A stretch of 36,497 nt of DNA. It comes from Anaerolineae bacterium (GTDB taxonomy: Bacteria; Chloroflexota; Anaerolineae; Aggregatilineales; Phototrophicaceae). Positions 1-8,653 of the stretch are shown piece after piece. The translations under genes and the position numbers were made by a program. Under the pieces are notes generated by a model. That model saw only the letters and a list, made by a program, of their open reading frames with translations, was not told where the DNA came from and did no database searches. Where the stretch lies: contig JAEUQZ010000001.1 of the NCBI GenBank assembly GCA_016788965.1, forward strand, positions 1 through 36,497, read 5' to 3'. Numbering within the stretch: position 1 is the stretch's first letter; each line of letters opens with the position of its first letter.

Positions 1-1
1 G

Positions 2-670
2 TTCATCCGCGACGACGACGACACCTACCTGACCGGCTTCGAGAACTGGGATGCCGTCGAAGGGGCGCTGCTCGAATTCGTCGTCAGCGGGCCGATGCAC
101 TGGCTGGGACTGCTCGACTCCGCTGAGGATGCCGCCCGCCTGACCGCCTATGGCCGCGCCCTGCTGGGGCAAGCGGCCTGGCCGTCCCCACCCGAATCCG
201 AGGACAAGGTGGTCGTCAAGGACGACGGCACGCTGCTGATCTCCCGCAAAGTGCCCCGTGTGGATCGCGTCCAGGCGATGCGTTTCACCAGCTGGGTCGC
301 GGCGGGCGATCCCTATACCTACAAACTGGATGCGCTTGGCATCCAGCGGGCAGCCGAGCAGGGCATCAACACCGGGCACATCGCCAGCTTCCTCAGCCGG
401 GCGCTGGGGGATGCGCCGATACCGGGGCCGGTGGCGCGGCTGCTGGAGAACTGGAAGGCCGGGCCGAGCGCCGCCGTCTCGTTGGAGCGGCTGCTGGTGC
501 TGCGGACGACCGCGCCGGAGACGCTCGACCGCATCTACGATACGCCCGCGCTGCGCCGCTATCTGGGGGCGCGCCTGGGGCCGATGGCGGTCGTCGTCCG
601 CGCCGATCAATGGGAGGCGCTGCGCTCCGCCCTCGGCGAGCAGGGCATCCAGGTCGAGGTGCTGGAATAG
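2..670 (+). CDS. Helicase-associated (XPB-like C-terminal, Helicase_C_3-type) domain protein, 5' partial
   Basis: The frame is open from the window edge (ttc atc cgc gac...) into ORF 95..670. Motifs 'YTYKLDALGIQRAAEQGI...IASFL' and 'V.RLLENW' are typical of this domain. Confidence 0.7.
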   Translation, partial: FIRDDDDTYLTGFENWDAVEGALLEFVVSGPMHWLGLLDSAEDAARLTAYGRALLGQAAWPSPPESEDKVVVKDDGTLLISRKVPRVDRVQAMRFTSWVAAGDPYTYKLDALGIQRAAEQGINTGHIASFLSRALGDAPIPGPVARLLENWKAGPSAAVSLERLLVLRTTAPETLDRIYDTPALRRYLGARLGPMAVVVRADQWEALRSALGEQGIQVEVLE

Positions 671-690
671 ACAGATTCTCCGTGCGTGTT

Positions 691-751
691 GGACGCCAAG
701 AACGGCGTCCCTACCCAGACAGGGATCGTAGGGACGGGCTTCTGCCCGTTC
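691..751. repeat. Pair of GTAG-type REP hairpins in opposite orientation
   Basis: 691-714 GGACGCCAAGAACGGCGTCC-CTAC (minus) and 728-751 GTAG-GGACGGGCTTCTGCCCGTTC (plus). Near-identical copies occur at 5630, 10382 and 33546. Confidence 0.85.
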
Positions 752-867
752 GTCAACTAATGAATCATGCACCCAACCCGTCCTTCCCAGTGGCCTGATC
801 GTATTTTAGAGATATACTCGATTTATCATAAGAACGGTCGCGCGAACGCATGAAGGTGTGGTAACTC

Positions 868-3495
868 ATGGCCGAATTCACATCCCACGAAGCCGCCGCC
901 CATCAGCCCCAGGCTTTACCCGTGATGCTGCCTGCCAAACTGGTCGGGCGGGATACGACGCTGGCGCAGATTTACACCCACTTGAAGGCCAGCAGGCCGG
1001 TCATGATTACCGGCGCCGCCGGGATCGGCAAGACCGCGCTGGCCGCCACCCTCGCCAGCGCCTACACCGAACTGCCCGGTGGCACGCTCTGGCTCAATGT
1101 GGATGGCACGCCGCTGGAAGAGATGATTATCCGCGTGGGCCGCGCCTACAACGTCCTGGAGATCGCCGCCAGCAGCAGCCCGCTGGCGATGATTGGCGCG
1201 GTCGCCAACACCTTCTCCGCCAACAAACCCCTTCTCGTGTTGGACGGCCGCCACGACGCCAAGGCGCTCAACGAATTCGTCGCCCGCTGCGCGGCGGGGC
1301 TGCCCGTGATGATCCTCTCCAAAGACCCGGTGGATGGCCCGTGGCAGACCATCGACCTGGGGCCGCTGGAAGCCAGGCACGCCATCGCCATGCTCAGGCA
1401 GGGCGCTGATCTCAAGCCCGCCGACGGACTGGACGACGACCTCGACGAACTGGCGAGCATCCTGGATTACACCCCCTTCGCGCTGGCCGTCGCCGCCGGG
1501 ACGATGCGCGTCACCAGGAAGACGCCCGCCGATTACCTGACCGAGTTCGAGAAAATCCCCACCAGCGCCGGGGCCACGCCCCAGCTTCTCGCCCTGACGG
1601 TCGGCTTCCGCAGCCTGAACAACGCCCTCCAGGGGGTGATCCTGCTCTTGGGCGCGACCTTCGGCGTCGGAGCCTCCTCCGAACTGCTCAGCCTGATGGC
1701 GAACGCGCCCCAGGAGACGGTCGAGCAGGTCATGAACACGCTGGCGAACAACGAACTGGTCGAGCGCATCCACCGCTACGAAGCCCCCTACTACCGCCTG
1801 CACGACATCACCGCTGCCTTTGCCACCACCTGGTTGAAGTCCCAGGGCCGCCTGGAGATGCTCCAGAGCAAATCGCGCGAGACGGTGCTGGATTTCGTCA
1901 AGAAGTACAGCGTCAACAGCCCGGCCGCCCATGACAAGCTGGCCGGCGCGATGGACCTCATCATGGCCGTCGCCCGTTGGAGCGCCGACCAGGGCGAGCG
2001 CGATGTCGTCAACCAACTGGTCGTCAGCCTGATGCAGGCCGGCGATTTCGTCAACGAGCGCGGCTACGTCTACGAACTGCTTAGACTGCGCGAGATGGCC
2101 TCCAGCTTCACCAAGCCCTTCCCGGCCAACCCCGTGCCCCAGCGACCGGAGGATGTTATCCCAGCCGCGCCCGTCCCGGTCATCGAGGATGAGGACGACC
2201 TGCTGGACGACGAAGAGGAAGAGTTCGATGAAGAAGTCGAACCCTTCGACGACGAGATCGAAGCCCAGGGCGTGGGCGATGAAGACGACGAACTCGATAT
2301 CCGTCCCGCCGCCGCCAGCGCGGTGAAGTCGCTCTGGGATACCGTGGAACCAACCCCGCCCGTCATTCCCTCGATCATGCGGCAGATTCCCGGCGACGAT
2401 GAAGACGAGGACGACCTGCCAGAGGACTCGACTGCCGTCGAAGCGCCGCCCCTGCCCGAACTGCCCAACGATCCCATGGATCGGCTGCGGGTGCTGCTGC
2501 GTCAGGCCAAGCAGTCCGGCGACCTCCGCAAGCAGGTCGATCTGCTCAAGCAGATCGGCGAGATCGAGGCCAGCAGAGGACTGGATACCGAAGCCATCAG
2601 CACCTACAGCGAAGTCCTGGCCGCCTACGAGGGGCTGAACGACTCGGCCCATGTCCTCGATACGCTCGATACCCTCTCGGCCTTGATGGTCAAGACCGAG
2701 AACAGCAGCGCCGCCGTGCTGCACGCCACCCGTGGCATCGCCCTGGCCGACCAGCTTGGCGAGCCGGAGACGCGCATGTACCTGCTGGTGACGCTGGCCG
2801 ATGCCCGCCAGCAGTTGGGCGAAAGCAGCGAGGCCGTCAAAGCCTACGGTCAGGCGCTCGAAATCGCCCGGACGCGCAACGATGCCCAGCACGAGGCGCT
2901 CGTCCTCTACAAGCTCGGCTATGCCCAACTGGACGACAACCAGCCGGATACCGCCGCCGAGACCTGGGAGCAGGCGCTCAAGCTGTTCAAGGCGCAGGGC
3001 AAGCGCGATTATGAAGGCCGCGTCCTCGGTGGATTGGGCACGGCTTACGGTGAACTCAGTCGTTGGGAAGAGGCCATCAACTTCCACACCTCGGCGCTGT
3101 ATATCGCCCGTGAAGTCAAAGACCGCGATGTCGAGGCGCTGGAACTGAGCAACCTGGGCTATGCCTCGGTGCAGGCCAACCAGCTTGGGCAGGCCGTCAC
3201 CCGCTACCGCCAGGCGCTCCATCTGGCGTATCAGGCCAACAACCGCGAGAACATCGTCAGCAACATCGTCGATCTGGCGCGGATGCTCGTGGAAAGTCCG
3301 CGCCACCTGGAGATCGCCGACCTGCTCATCAACGACGCCATCCCGCTTGATCCGACCGACCGCGATGTCCTCAAGCTCAAGGAGCGCATCGGCAGCGGCA
3401 AGATGCAGGCCTATGCCGATGGCATCGAGATGCTGGCGGTCAAAGGCACGGCCAGGGATTACGCCGCCAACGCCTACAAAATGCTGGAAGGCTGA
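868..3495 (+). CDS. STAND-like (NB-ARC/AAA) NTPase with acidic linker and C-terminal TPR repeats
   Basis: 875 aa. 'LVGRD', Walker A GAAGIGKT, Walker B LLVLD, 'PFAL', winged-helix 'YRLHD', a D/E/P-rich linker, then TPR-like repeats. Confidence 0.85.
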   Translation: MAEFTSHEAAAHQPQALPVMLPAKLVGRDTTLAQIYTHLKASRPVMITGAAGIGKTALAATLASAYTELPGGTLWLNVDGTPLEEMIIRVGRAYNVLEIAASSSPLAMIGAVANTFSANKPLLVLDGRHDAKALNEFVARCAAGLPVMILSKDPVDGPWQTIDLGPLEARHAIAMLRQGADLKPADGLDDDLDELASILDYTPFALAVAAGTMRVTRKTPADYLTEFEKIPTSAGATPQLLALTVGFRSLNNALQGVILLLGATFGVGASSELLSLMANAPQETVEQVMNTLANNELVERIHRYEAPYYRLHDITAAFATTWLKSQGRLEMLQSKSRETVLDFVKKYSVNSPAAHDKLAGAMDLIMAVARWSADQGERDVVNQLVVSLMQAGDFVNERGYVYELLRLREMASSFTKPFPANPVPQRPEDVIPAAPVPVIEDEDDLLDDEEEEFDEEVEPFDDEIEAQGVGDEDDELDIRPAAASAVKSLWDTVEPTPPVIPSIMRQIPGDDEDEDDLPEDSTAVEAPPLPELPNDPMDRLRVLLRQAKQSGDLRKQVDLLKQIGEIEASRGLDTEAISTYSEVLAAYEGLNDSAHVLDTLDTLSALMVKTENSSAAVLHATRGIALADQLGEPETRMYLLVTLADARQQLGESSEAVKAYGQALEIARTRNDAQHEALVLYKLGYAQLDDNQPDTAAETWEQALKLFKAQGKRDYEGRVLGGLGTAYGELSRWEEAINFHTSALYIAREVKDRDVEALELSNLGYASVQANQLGQAVTRYRQALHLAYQANNRENIVSNIVDLARMLVESPRHLEIADLLINDAIPLDPTDRDVLKLKERIGSGKMQAYADGIEMLAVKGTARDYAANAYKMLEG

Positions 3496-3569
3496 GCCTC
3501 CGCGTATCCCCTGTCGGCTGTTTGAACAGGGAAGTTTATGGATAACCAATGAGAAAACGCCTGATTTTC

Positions 3570-3606
3570 GTAGGGGAGGACTAGCGCGAAGCGCGTATGT
3601 CCTCCC
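3570..3606 (+). repeat. GTAG-type REP hairpin
   Basis: GTAG-GGGAGGAC-(tagcgcgaagcgcgtat)-GTCCTCCC. Confidence 0.65.
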
Positions 3607-3683
3607 GCCCGCATCCGGCGATTTCTTTTTCACCTATCCATTAGACGACCCGCTTAGCGGATGAACCAGACGGGAGGGATTCT

Positions 3684-4259
3684 GTGCCAGCAATCACCAA
3701 CCCCACCATGACGTTAGCCCAGTCCGGCGGTGTCGTGACCGTCACCGTCACCTACGATGTCTCGTTCCTGTCGTCGGAAGTGGCGAGTCCACTGGTTTTC
3801 ATGGAACAAATCACGGTGGCCGGGGCTGTCGCGCCTTACAACAAGTTTCTGGGCGAGCCGCTCAACAAAACGGAAAACACCGTGTCCTATCAGCGGACGC
3901 ACGCGATAGAGCGGCGCAACTTCGTCGGTGGAGCGATTGTGCCTGTCACCGTCCAATGTCTGATCAAGATCACCCCCCAGGGAATGATCAACGCCGTCAG
4001 GTCAACCAACGACGCCCAGCTTCCTGGCGAAACGGTACGTTCTCCCTTTGCCGCCCGCCTGATGGACTTTGTACGCAAATCGCTCGATCTGGTGGGCCAG
4101 TTCTTCATTCGCCTGTCTTCAAAGACACGCTACGACTCCCTCTTCGACTTCAAACCGGATGCAACGCACATCAGCGCCCTTCCCGAACCGCTGCTGCGCT
4201 ACATCCAGGAATTGGAAGCCAGCACTGCCATCACAAACAGGAATGACGGTAACGTGTGA
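3684..4259 (+). CDS. Hypothetical protein
   Basis: 191 aa ORF with GTG start and a GGGAGG RBS upstream. Codon usage is less GC-biased than neighbours; no recognised family. Confidence 0.6.
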   Translation: MPAITNPTMTLAQSGGVVTVTVTYDVSFLSSEVASPLVFMEQITVAGAVAPYNKFLGEPLNKTENTVSYQRTHAIERRNFVGGAIVPVTVQCLIKITPQGMINAVRSTNDAQLPGETVRSPFAARLMDFVRKSLDLVGQFFIRLSSKTRYDSLFDFKPDATHISALPEPLLRYIQELEASTAITNRNDGNV

Positions 4260-4268
4260 GGTGAGGGG

Positions 4269-4308
4269 GCAGGCCGATGCCGATGGGATCGAGATGCTGG
4301 AAGGCTGA
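4269..4308 (+). repeat. Degenerate duplicate of the 3' end of the 868..3495 gene
   Basis: GCAGGCCgATGCCGATGGgATCGAGATGCTGGAAGGCTGA matches 3405-3436 (2 mismatches) joined to 3488-3495. Confidence 0.8.
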
Positions 4309-4341
4309 CCTGTCCAGGAGTCTTTTTTCCAGGAGAGAAAC

Positions 4342-4965
4342 ATGCCCAGGTGGATCGCTGTTCTGCTGATTCTGACCGCCGGTTTGCTGGCCGCCTGTGC
4401 TGGGCGGGCCGCTGCCCCCGCGCCGCCGGCCGAGCTTGCCACGCCCACGCCGGAAGTCATGCCGCCCCCAGCCGAGTCTTCAGCGGGTGGAGCCAGCTTT
4501 GAGGTGGTGATCAGCGGCGACTTTGACCTGAACCTCACCAGTGCCCTGGGCAGTACCCTCAAGCTGTTCAGTTCGGATGCAGGCGGCTTGTTCTACTACG
4601 TGCAGTTCGGCGATGAATTCGGTCTGCCCATTGTGCTGATTTCTTTCTTCGGCGAAGGCGGCGTCGAAAGCGCCTTGCCCAAACCAGGGACGTTCACCCT
4701 CTCGCCGCTCAGAATGGGCGAACTGATGTCGGCGGACAAGTCTATCACCGCGACAGCCACCCTCGTCAGCGATGAGCGCGATGCCAATAACCTGCCTGTG
4801 GTCTACAGCTTCGACCAGTCTACAGGCAGCCTGACCATTGCCCAGGACGACGGCGGCTACAGCGGCAGCTTCGAGTTCACCTTACAGGGACGCGCCGCTG
4901 CCGCCATTGACTACACCAAAACCGTGACCGTGACAGGAACCTTCAGCGGCGTGCAGCCGGAGTGA
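4342..4965 (+). CDS. Hypothetical lipoprotein
   Basis: AGGAG RBS, signal peptide with lipobox LAAC, Pro/Ala linker, beta-rich domain. Confidence 0.8.
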   Translation: MPRWIAVLLILTAGLLAACAGRAAAPAPPAELATPTPEVMPPPAESSAGGASFEVVISGDFDLNLTSALGSTLKLFSSDAGGLFYYVQFGDEFGLPIVLISFFGEGGVESALPKPGTFTLSPLRMGELMSADKSITATATLVSDERDANNLPVVYSFDQSTGSLTIAQDDGGYSGSFEFTLQGRAAAAIDYTKTVTVTGTFSGVQPE

Positions 4966-4969
4966 GCCG

Positions 4970-5497
4970 TCAGGGAGCGTCAGCCCGGTACAGCACCAGC
5001 GCGTGCTGATAGTAGCGTTCGGTGATTCCCTGGTACGTCATCCCAATCTTCGCCATCACCCGCTGCGAGGCGATGTTCTCCGGCTCGGCCAGCGCCAGAA
5101 TCGTCTTGAGCCTGCCCACCTCGAAGCCGTAACGCAGCGCGGCGGCCGCGGCTTCGTTGGCATAGCCCTGCCCCCAGAACGGCTGCCCGAAGGCATAAGC
5201 CAGTTCGACTTCATCCGGCGAGTCTCTCAGATAGACCAAACCGCAGTGACCTATGAACTGCCCATCGGCCTGGCGGATCACCGCCCAGAGCGTAAAGCCG
5301 TGCTGCTGGCCGTGCGCCACCGCGAAGTCCAGCACGGCGCGGGTCTGCTCGCGGGTGCGTGCTTTGCCGCCCGGCAGATAGCGCATGACGACATCGTCGC
5401 CGTAAACCTGCGCGTAGTAATCCTCCAGGTCGGAGTCCAGGAAGGAGCGCAGCCGCAGCCGGGGCGTCTCCAATAAGGACAGCGGATCGCTACTCAC
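4970..5497 (-). CDS. GNAT family N-acetyltransferase (RimJ/RimL type)
   Basis: 'LETPRLRLR', 'FIGHCGL', 'ELAY...FWGQGYANEAA', 'NIASQRVMAKIGM'. GTG start at 5497 with GGAGG RBS; the ORF extension to 5710 runs through repeats. Confidence 0.9.
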   Translation of the reverse strand: MSSDPLSLLETPRLRLRSFLDSDLEDYYAQVYGDDVVMRYLPGGKARTREQTRAVLDFAVAHGQQHGFTLWAVIRQADGQFIGHCGLVYLRDSPDEVELAYAFGQPFWGQGYANEAAAAALRYGFEVGRLKTILALAEPENIASQRVMAKIGMTYQGITERYYQHALVLYRADAP

Positions 5498-5569
5498 GAT
5501 GGTTTTCCCTCCGAAAATGTCCCATCCATTCCACAGCATTCTAACTTGGGCGTACCCGATCCCCACCCC

Positions 5570-5837
5570 CTCTGTATTTCTCTGCGTCTCCTCCGAAAAT
5601 AGACGCTCACTTCCCTCAAACACGTCTTCGTAGGGACGCCATTCTTGGCGTCCGCCGCACCCCCACCTCCACAAAGTCGCCCTCGTAGGGGCATGATGCA
5701 TCATGCCCACTCCCTCTACAACAACCCCACTCGGCCAGAACCCCTGGAGGGGGTGGTCTTCCTCTAGCCGGGGGGATTACATCCCCCGGCGTCCCCCCCC
5801 CTCCCCTCCGTATTTCTCTGTGTCCTCTGTGGTTCAA
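5570..5837 (+). repeat. Mosaic repeat cluster 1
   Basis: CTCTG-type repeat 5570-5590; REPs 5630-5653 and 5685-5708; CCCCTGGAGGGG+hairpin repeat 5738-5793; CTCTGTGTCCTCTGTGG repeat 5804-5837. Confidence 0.85.
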
Positions 5838-5890
5838 TTCGTATTTCGCTTTCTTCTTCCCGTCCGCCCCCATTCATGCGGACTCCCCGC

Positions 5891-7348
5891 TCAATCCTGA
5901 CGCTCCCATTCAGCGCCGCGGATCTGCTTGAGGGCACGCCATTCCGGTGAGACCGGAACCCGCCCCAACTCGCGCACGATCTGGCGGGCGGCCAGCCCGA
6001 CGATGGCCGCGAAGGTCGGATAGGCGAACTCCAAATCGGCCAGCCGCTCGGCGTTCAGGCCCCCGGCCATGCCCGCCGCCACCATCTGCACCACCTCGAC
6101 GGCCTGCTCGCCGACCACATGCGCCCCGATGACCAGCCCCGAAGCCCGATCCACCACCAGCTTGCAGAATCCCACCGTCCGGTCGTCGATCACCGCGCGA
6201 TCCATATCGGCATAGGGCACGACTGCCACGGCTGGATCACCCTTTTCCCGCGCCTGCGCTTCGGTCAGCCCGACGCTGCCGTATTCGGGATCGGTGAAGC
6301 CGCCGTGTGGAACCAGCTTGTGATCGGCCAGCCGCGTCGGGCCGAGCAGCGCATTCTCCACCGCGATCCGCGCCTGGGCGCTGGCGCTCTGCACCAGCAT
6401 CATTCGCCCGGTGATATCCCCGGCGGCGTAGATGTGGGCGGCGCTGGTTTGCAGGCTGTCGTTCACCTGGACGTAACTGCGCTCGGTCTGGACTCCGGCA
6501 GCGGACAGATTGAGCGCGTCGATGTTCCCCGGCCAGCCCACCGACAGGATGATGTCCTCGGCTTCTAGTGTCTGTTCCGCGCCACCCTGCGTGTAGATCA
6601 ACCGCTTCAGCTTCGGCTGCGCTCCGGCTTCGATCCGGGCCAGCCCGTCGATGCCGGTGACGATCTGGATGCCCGCCTGCCGGAACTGCTCCGCCATTGT
6701 CTCGGCCACCAGCGCATCTTCGGCCATCAGGATGCGCGGAGCCACATCCACCAGCGTCACCCGCGTCCCGAAGGCATCGAACACCGAGGCCAGTTGGCAG
6801 CCCGTCGCCCCGCAGCCGACGATCACGACCGAGCGCGGCAGGTGATCTAGCCCCCAGACATCGCTGTGCGTCAGCGCCAGTTCCGCGCCGGGGAAGTTCA
6901 GCCGTCGCGCCGCCCCCCCCACTGCCAGGATGAAGCGTTCGGCTTCGATGCGCTGCCCATCGCGCAGTTCGACAGCCTGCGGGCTGACGAAGCGGGCATT
7001 CCCCGCCCCGATGAACGTCTCGACCTGGACATCCCGCAGGTGATCCAGGAGCTGCTTTTTCTCCTGCACCTGATAGACGACCTGCTGCGTCCGTTTGAGG
7101 ACGGCGGCGAAATCGACTTCCGGCGGGCGTTCCAGCAGGATGCCATACTCAGCGAACTGGCGCGAATCCCGCAGCAGCCGGGCGGTCTTCGCCAGCACGC
7201 GGGTCGGCACGCAGCCGTCATTGGTGCAGGTTCCACCCAGGTTGCCGCGCTCGATCAGCGCCACACTCGCGCCCAGTTCGCAGGCGCGGAGCGCGGCGGT
7301 CACTCCGGCGGGGCCGCCCCCCAGGACGGCCAGATCGTAAGGTGTCAT
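5891..7348 (-). CDS. Class I pyridine nucleotide-disulfide oxidoreductase (Lpd/MerA/SthA-like)
   Basis: GGGPAG FAD motif, GGTCTNDGCVP redox-active disulfide, second GxGxxG, 'IYAAGD', dimerisation domain with YPT. Confidence 0.9.
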   Translation of the reverse strand: MTPYDLAVLGGGPAGVTAALRACELGASVALIERGNLGGTCTNDGCVPTRVLAKTARLLRDSRQFAEYGILLERPPEVDFAAVLKRTQQVVYQVQEKKQLLDHLRDVQVETFIGAGNARFVSPQAVELRDGQRIEAERFILAVGGAARRLNFPGAELALTHSDVWGLDHLPRSVVIVGCGATGCQLASVFDAFGTRVTLVDVAPRILMAEDALVAETMAEQFRQAGIQIVTGIDGLARIEAGAQPKLKRLIYTQGGAEQTLEAEDIILSVGWPGNIDALNLSAAGVQTERSYVQVNDSLQTSAAHIYAAGDITGRMMLVQSASAQARIAVENALLGPTRLADHKLVPHGGFTDPEYGSVGLTEAQAREKGDPAVAVVPYADMDRAVIDDRTVGFCKLVVDRASGLVIGAHVVGEQAVEVVQMVAAGMAGGLNAERLADLEFAYPTFAAIVGLAARQIVRELGRVPVSPEWRALKQIRGAEWERQD

Positions 7349-7373
7349 GATGGGTTGTCCTGTAGAAACACAA

Positions 7374-7397
7374 AGGGCAAGGTGTCACCCTTGCCCT
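7374..7397 (-). terminator. Probable intrinsic terminator after fbaB
   Basis: AGGGCAAGG/CCTTGCCCT stem, followed on the minus strand by TTGTGTTT. Confidence 0.5.
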
Positions 7398-7416
7398 GGA
7401 TCGAACAGCAGCGAAA

Positions 7417-8520
7417 TCAGGCGATAGTCACTTCATCGCACAGATAGACATCCTGGATCGCCTGCAGCAGCGCCGCGCCCTCGTTCATCGGACGCTGGAA
7501 GGCCTTGCGCCCGCTGATGAGACCCATGCCGCCGGCCCGCTTGTTGATGACGGCCGTCTTGACCGCCTCGGTCACATCGGACTCGCCGCTGGACGCGCCG
7601 CCGGAGTTGATCAGCCCGGCGCGGCCCATGTAGCCGTTGGCGACCTGATAGCGGGTCAGGTCGATGGGATGCTCGCTGGTCAGCTTGCTGTAGATGCGCT
7701 CATCCAGCTTGCCATACGACGACCCGCCTGTGTTCAGCGCCTTGAAGCCGCCGTTTTGCGTCGGCAGCTTCTGCTTGACGATATCGGCCTGAATGGTGAC
7801 GCCCAGGTGATTGGCCTGCCCGGTCAGATCGGCGGACGTTTCGTGGTTGACGCCGTTGACCTTGAAGGCGTTGTTGCGGGTATAGCACCACAGGATGGTA
7901 GCGAGGCCAAGCTCATGTGCATAGGCGAAAGCCTCGGCCACTTCGATGATCTGGCGGGCGCTTTCGTCGGAGCCGAAGTAGACCGTCGCGCCCACCGCGA
8001 CCGCGCCCATGTTCCAGGCTTCGTCGATGGTCCCGAACATGATCTGGTCGAACTTGTTGGGGTAGGTCAGCAGTTCGTTGTGGTTGATCTTGACGATGAA
8101 CGGGATGCGGTGGGCATATTTGCGGGCGACCGCCCCCAGCACGCCGTAGGTCGAAGCGACCGCGTTGCAGCCGCCTTCAATCGCCAGCTTGACGATGTTC
8201 TCCGGGTCGAAGTAAGCCGGATTCTTGGCAAACGATGCGCCCGCCGAATGTTCGATGCCCTGATCGACGGGCAGGATGCTCAGGTAGCCCGTGCCGCCCA
8301 GCCGCCCATGATCGAACATCTGCTGGAGGCCGCGCAGAACCTGGGTCGGGCGGTCGGAGTCCTGCCAGACGCGGCTGACGAAATCGCTGCCGGGCAGGTA
8401 CAGATAATCTCGGTCGATGGTCTGGCACTGGTGGTTGAGGAGGGCATCGGCTTCGTCGCCGAGCAGTTCGGCGATCCGGTCAATCGTCATGGCCTTCTGT
8501 GATGCGACAGCAGCGACCAT
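7417..8520 (-). CDS. fbaB: Class I fructose-bisphosphate aldolase (DhnA/FbaB)
   Basis: '[22 protein letters not shown]', 'ADIVKQKLP', '[17 protein letters not shown]'. Confidence 0.96.
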   Translation of the reverse strand: MVAAVASQKAMTIDRIAELLGDEADALLNHQCQTIDRDYLYLPGSDFVSRVWQDSDRPTQVLRGLQQMFDHGRLGGTGYLSILPVDQGIEHSAGASFAKNPAYFDPENIVKLAIEGGCNAVASTYGVLGAVARKYAHRIPFIVKINHNELLTYPNKFDQIMFGTIDEAWNMGAVAVGATVYFGSDESARQIIEVAEAFAYAHELGLATILWCYTRNNAFKVNGVNHETSADLTGQANHLGVTIQADIVKQKLPTQNGGFKALNTGGSSYGKLDERIYSKLTSEHPIDLTRYQVANGYMGRAGLINSGGASSGESDVTEAVKTAVINKRAGGMGLISGRKAFQRPMNEGAALLQAIQDVYLCDEVTIA

Positions 8521-8617
8521 AGGGGATTTCCTTTCGGGTATGCTTGCGATCAGATGCCCTTATGATACCACGTTTGTTCCCCGTGGAGCATCCTCACAAC
8601 TTGGCACTACTCTCCCG

Positions 8618-8626
8618 TGTTACAAT
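8618..8626 (+). promoter_or_regulatory. Extended -10 promoter element for malic enzyme
   Basis: TGtTACAAT upstream of the AAGGAG RBS. Confidence 0.45.
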
Positions 8627-8653
8627 CACTTCTGAGGCAAGGAGAAACCCATC

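Noticed and set aside
916-3633. 905-aa antisense ORF, and similar ones at 8594..10063, 18861..21185, 28855..30177, 31836..33428 and 33833..35008
   Set aside because: Shadow ORFs opposite well-supported genes, expected from GC-rich codon bias; no recognisable motifs.
5498-5710. N-terminal extension of the GNAT ORF, and similar over-extended starts at 11867, 13105, 27600, 28848, 30462 and 32463
   Set aside because: The extensions run through repeats, promoters or adjacent genes; better starts with RBS or translational coupling lie downstream.
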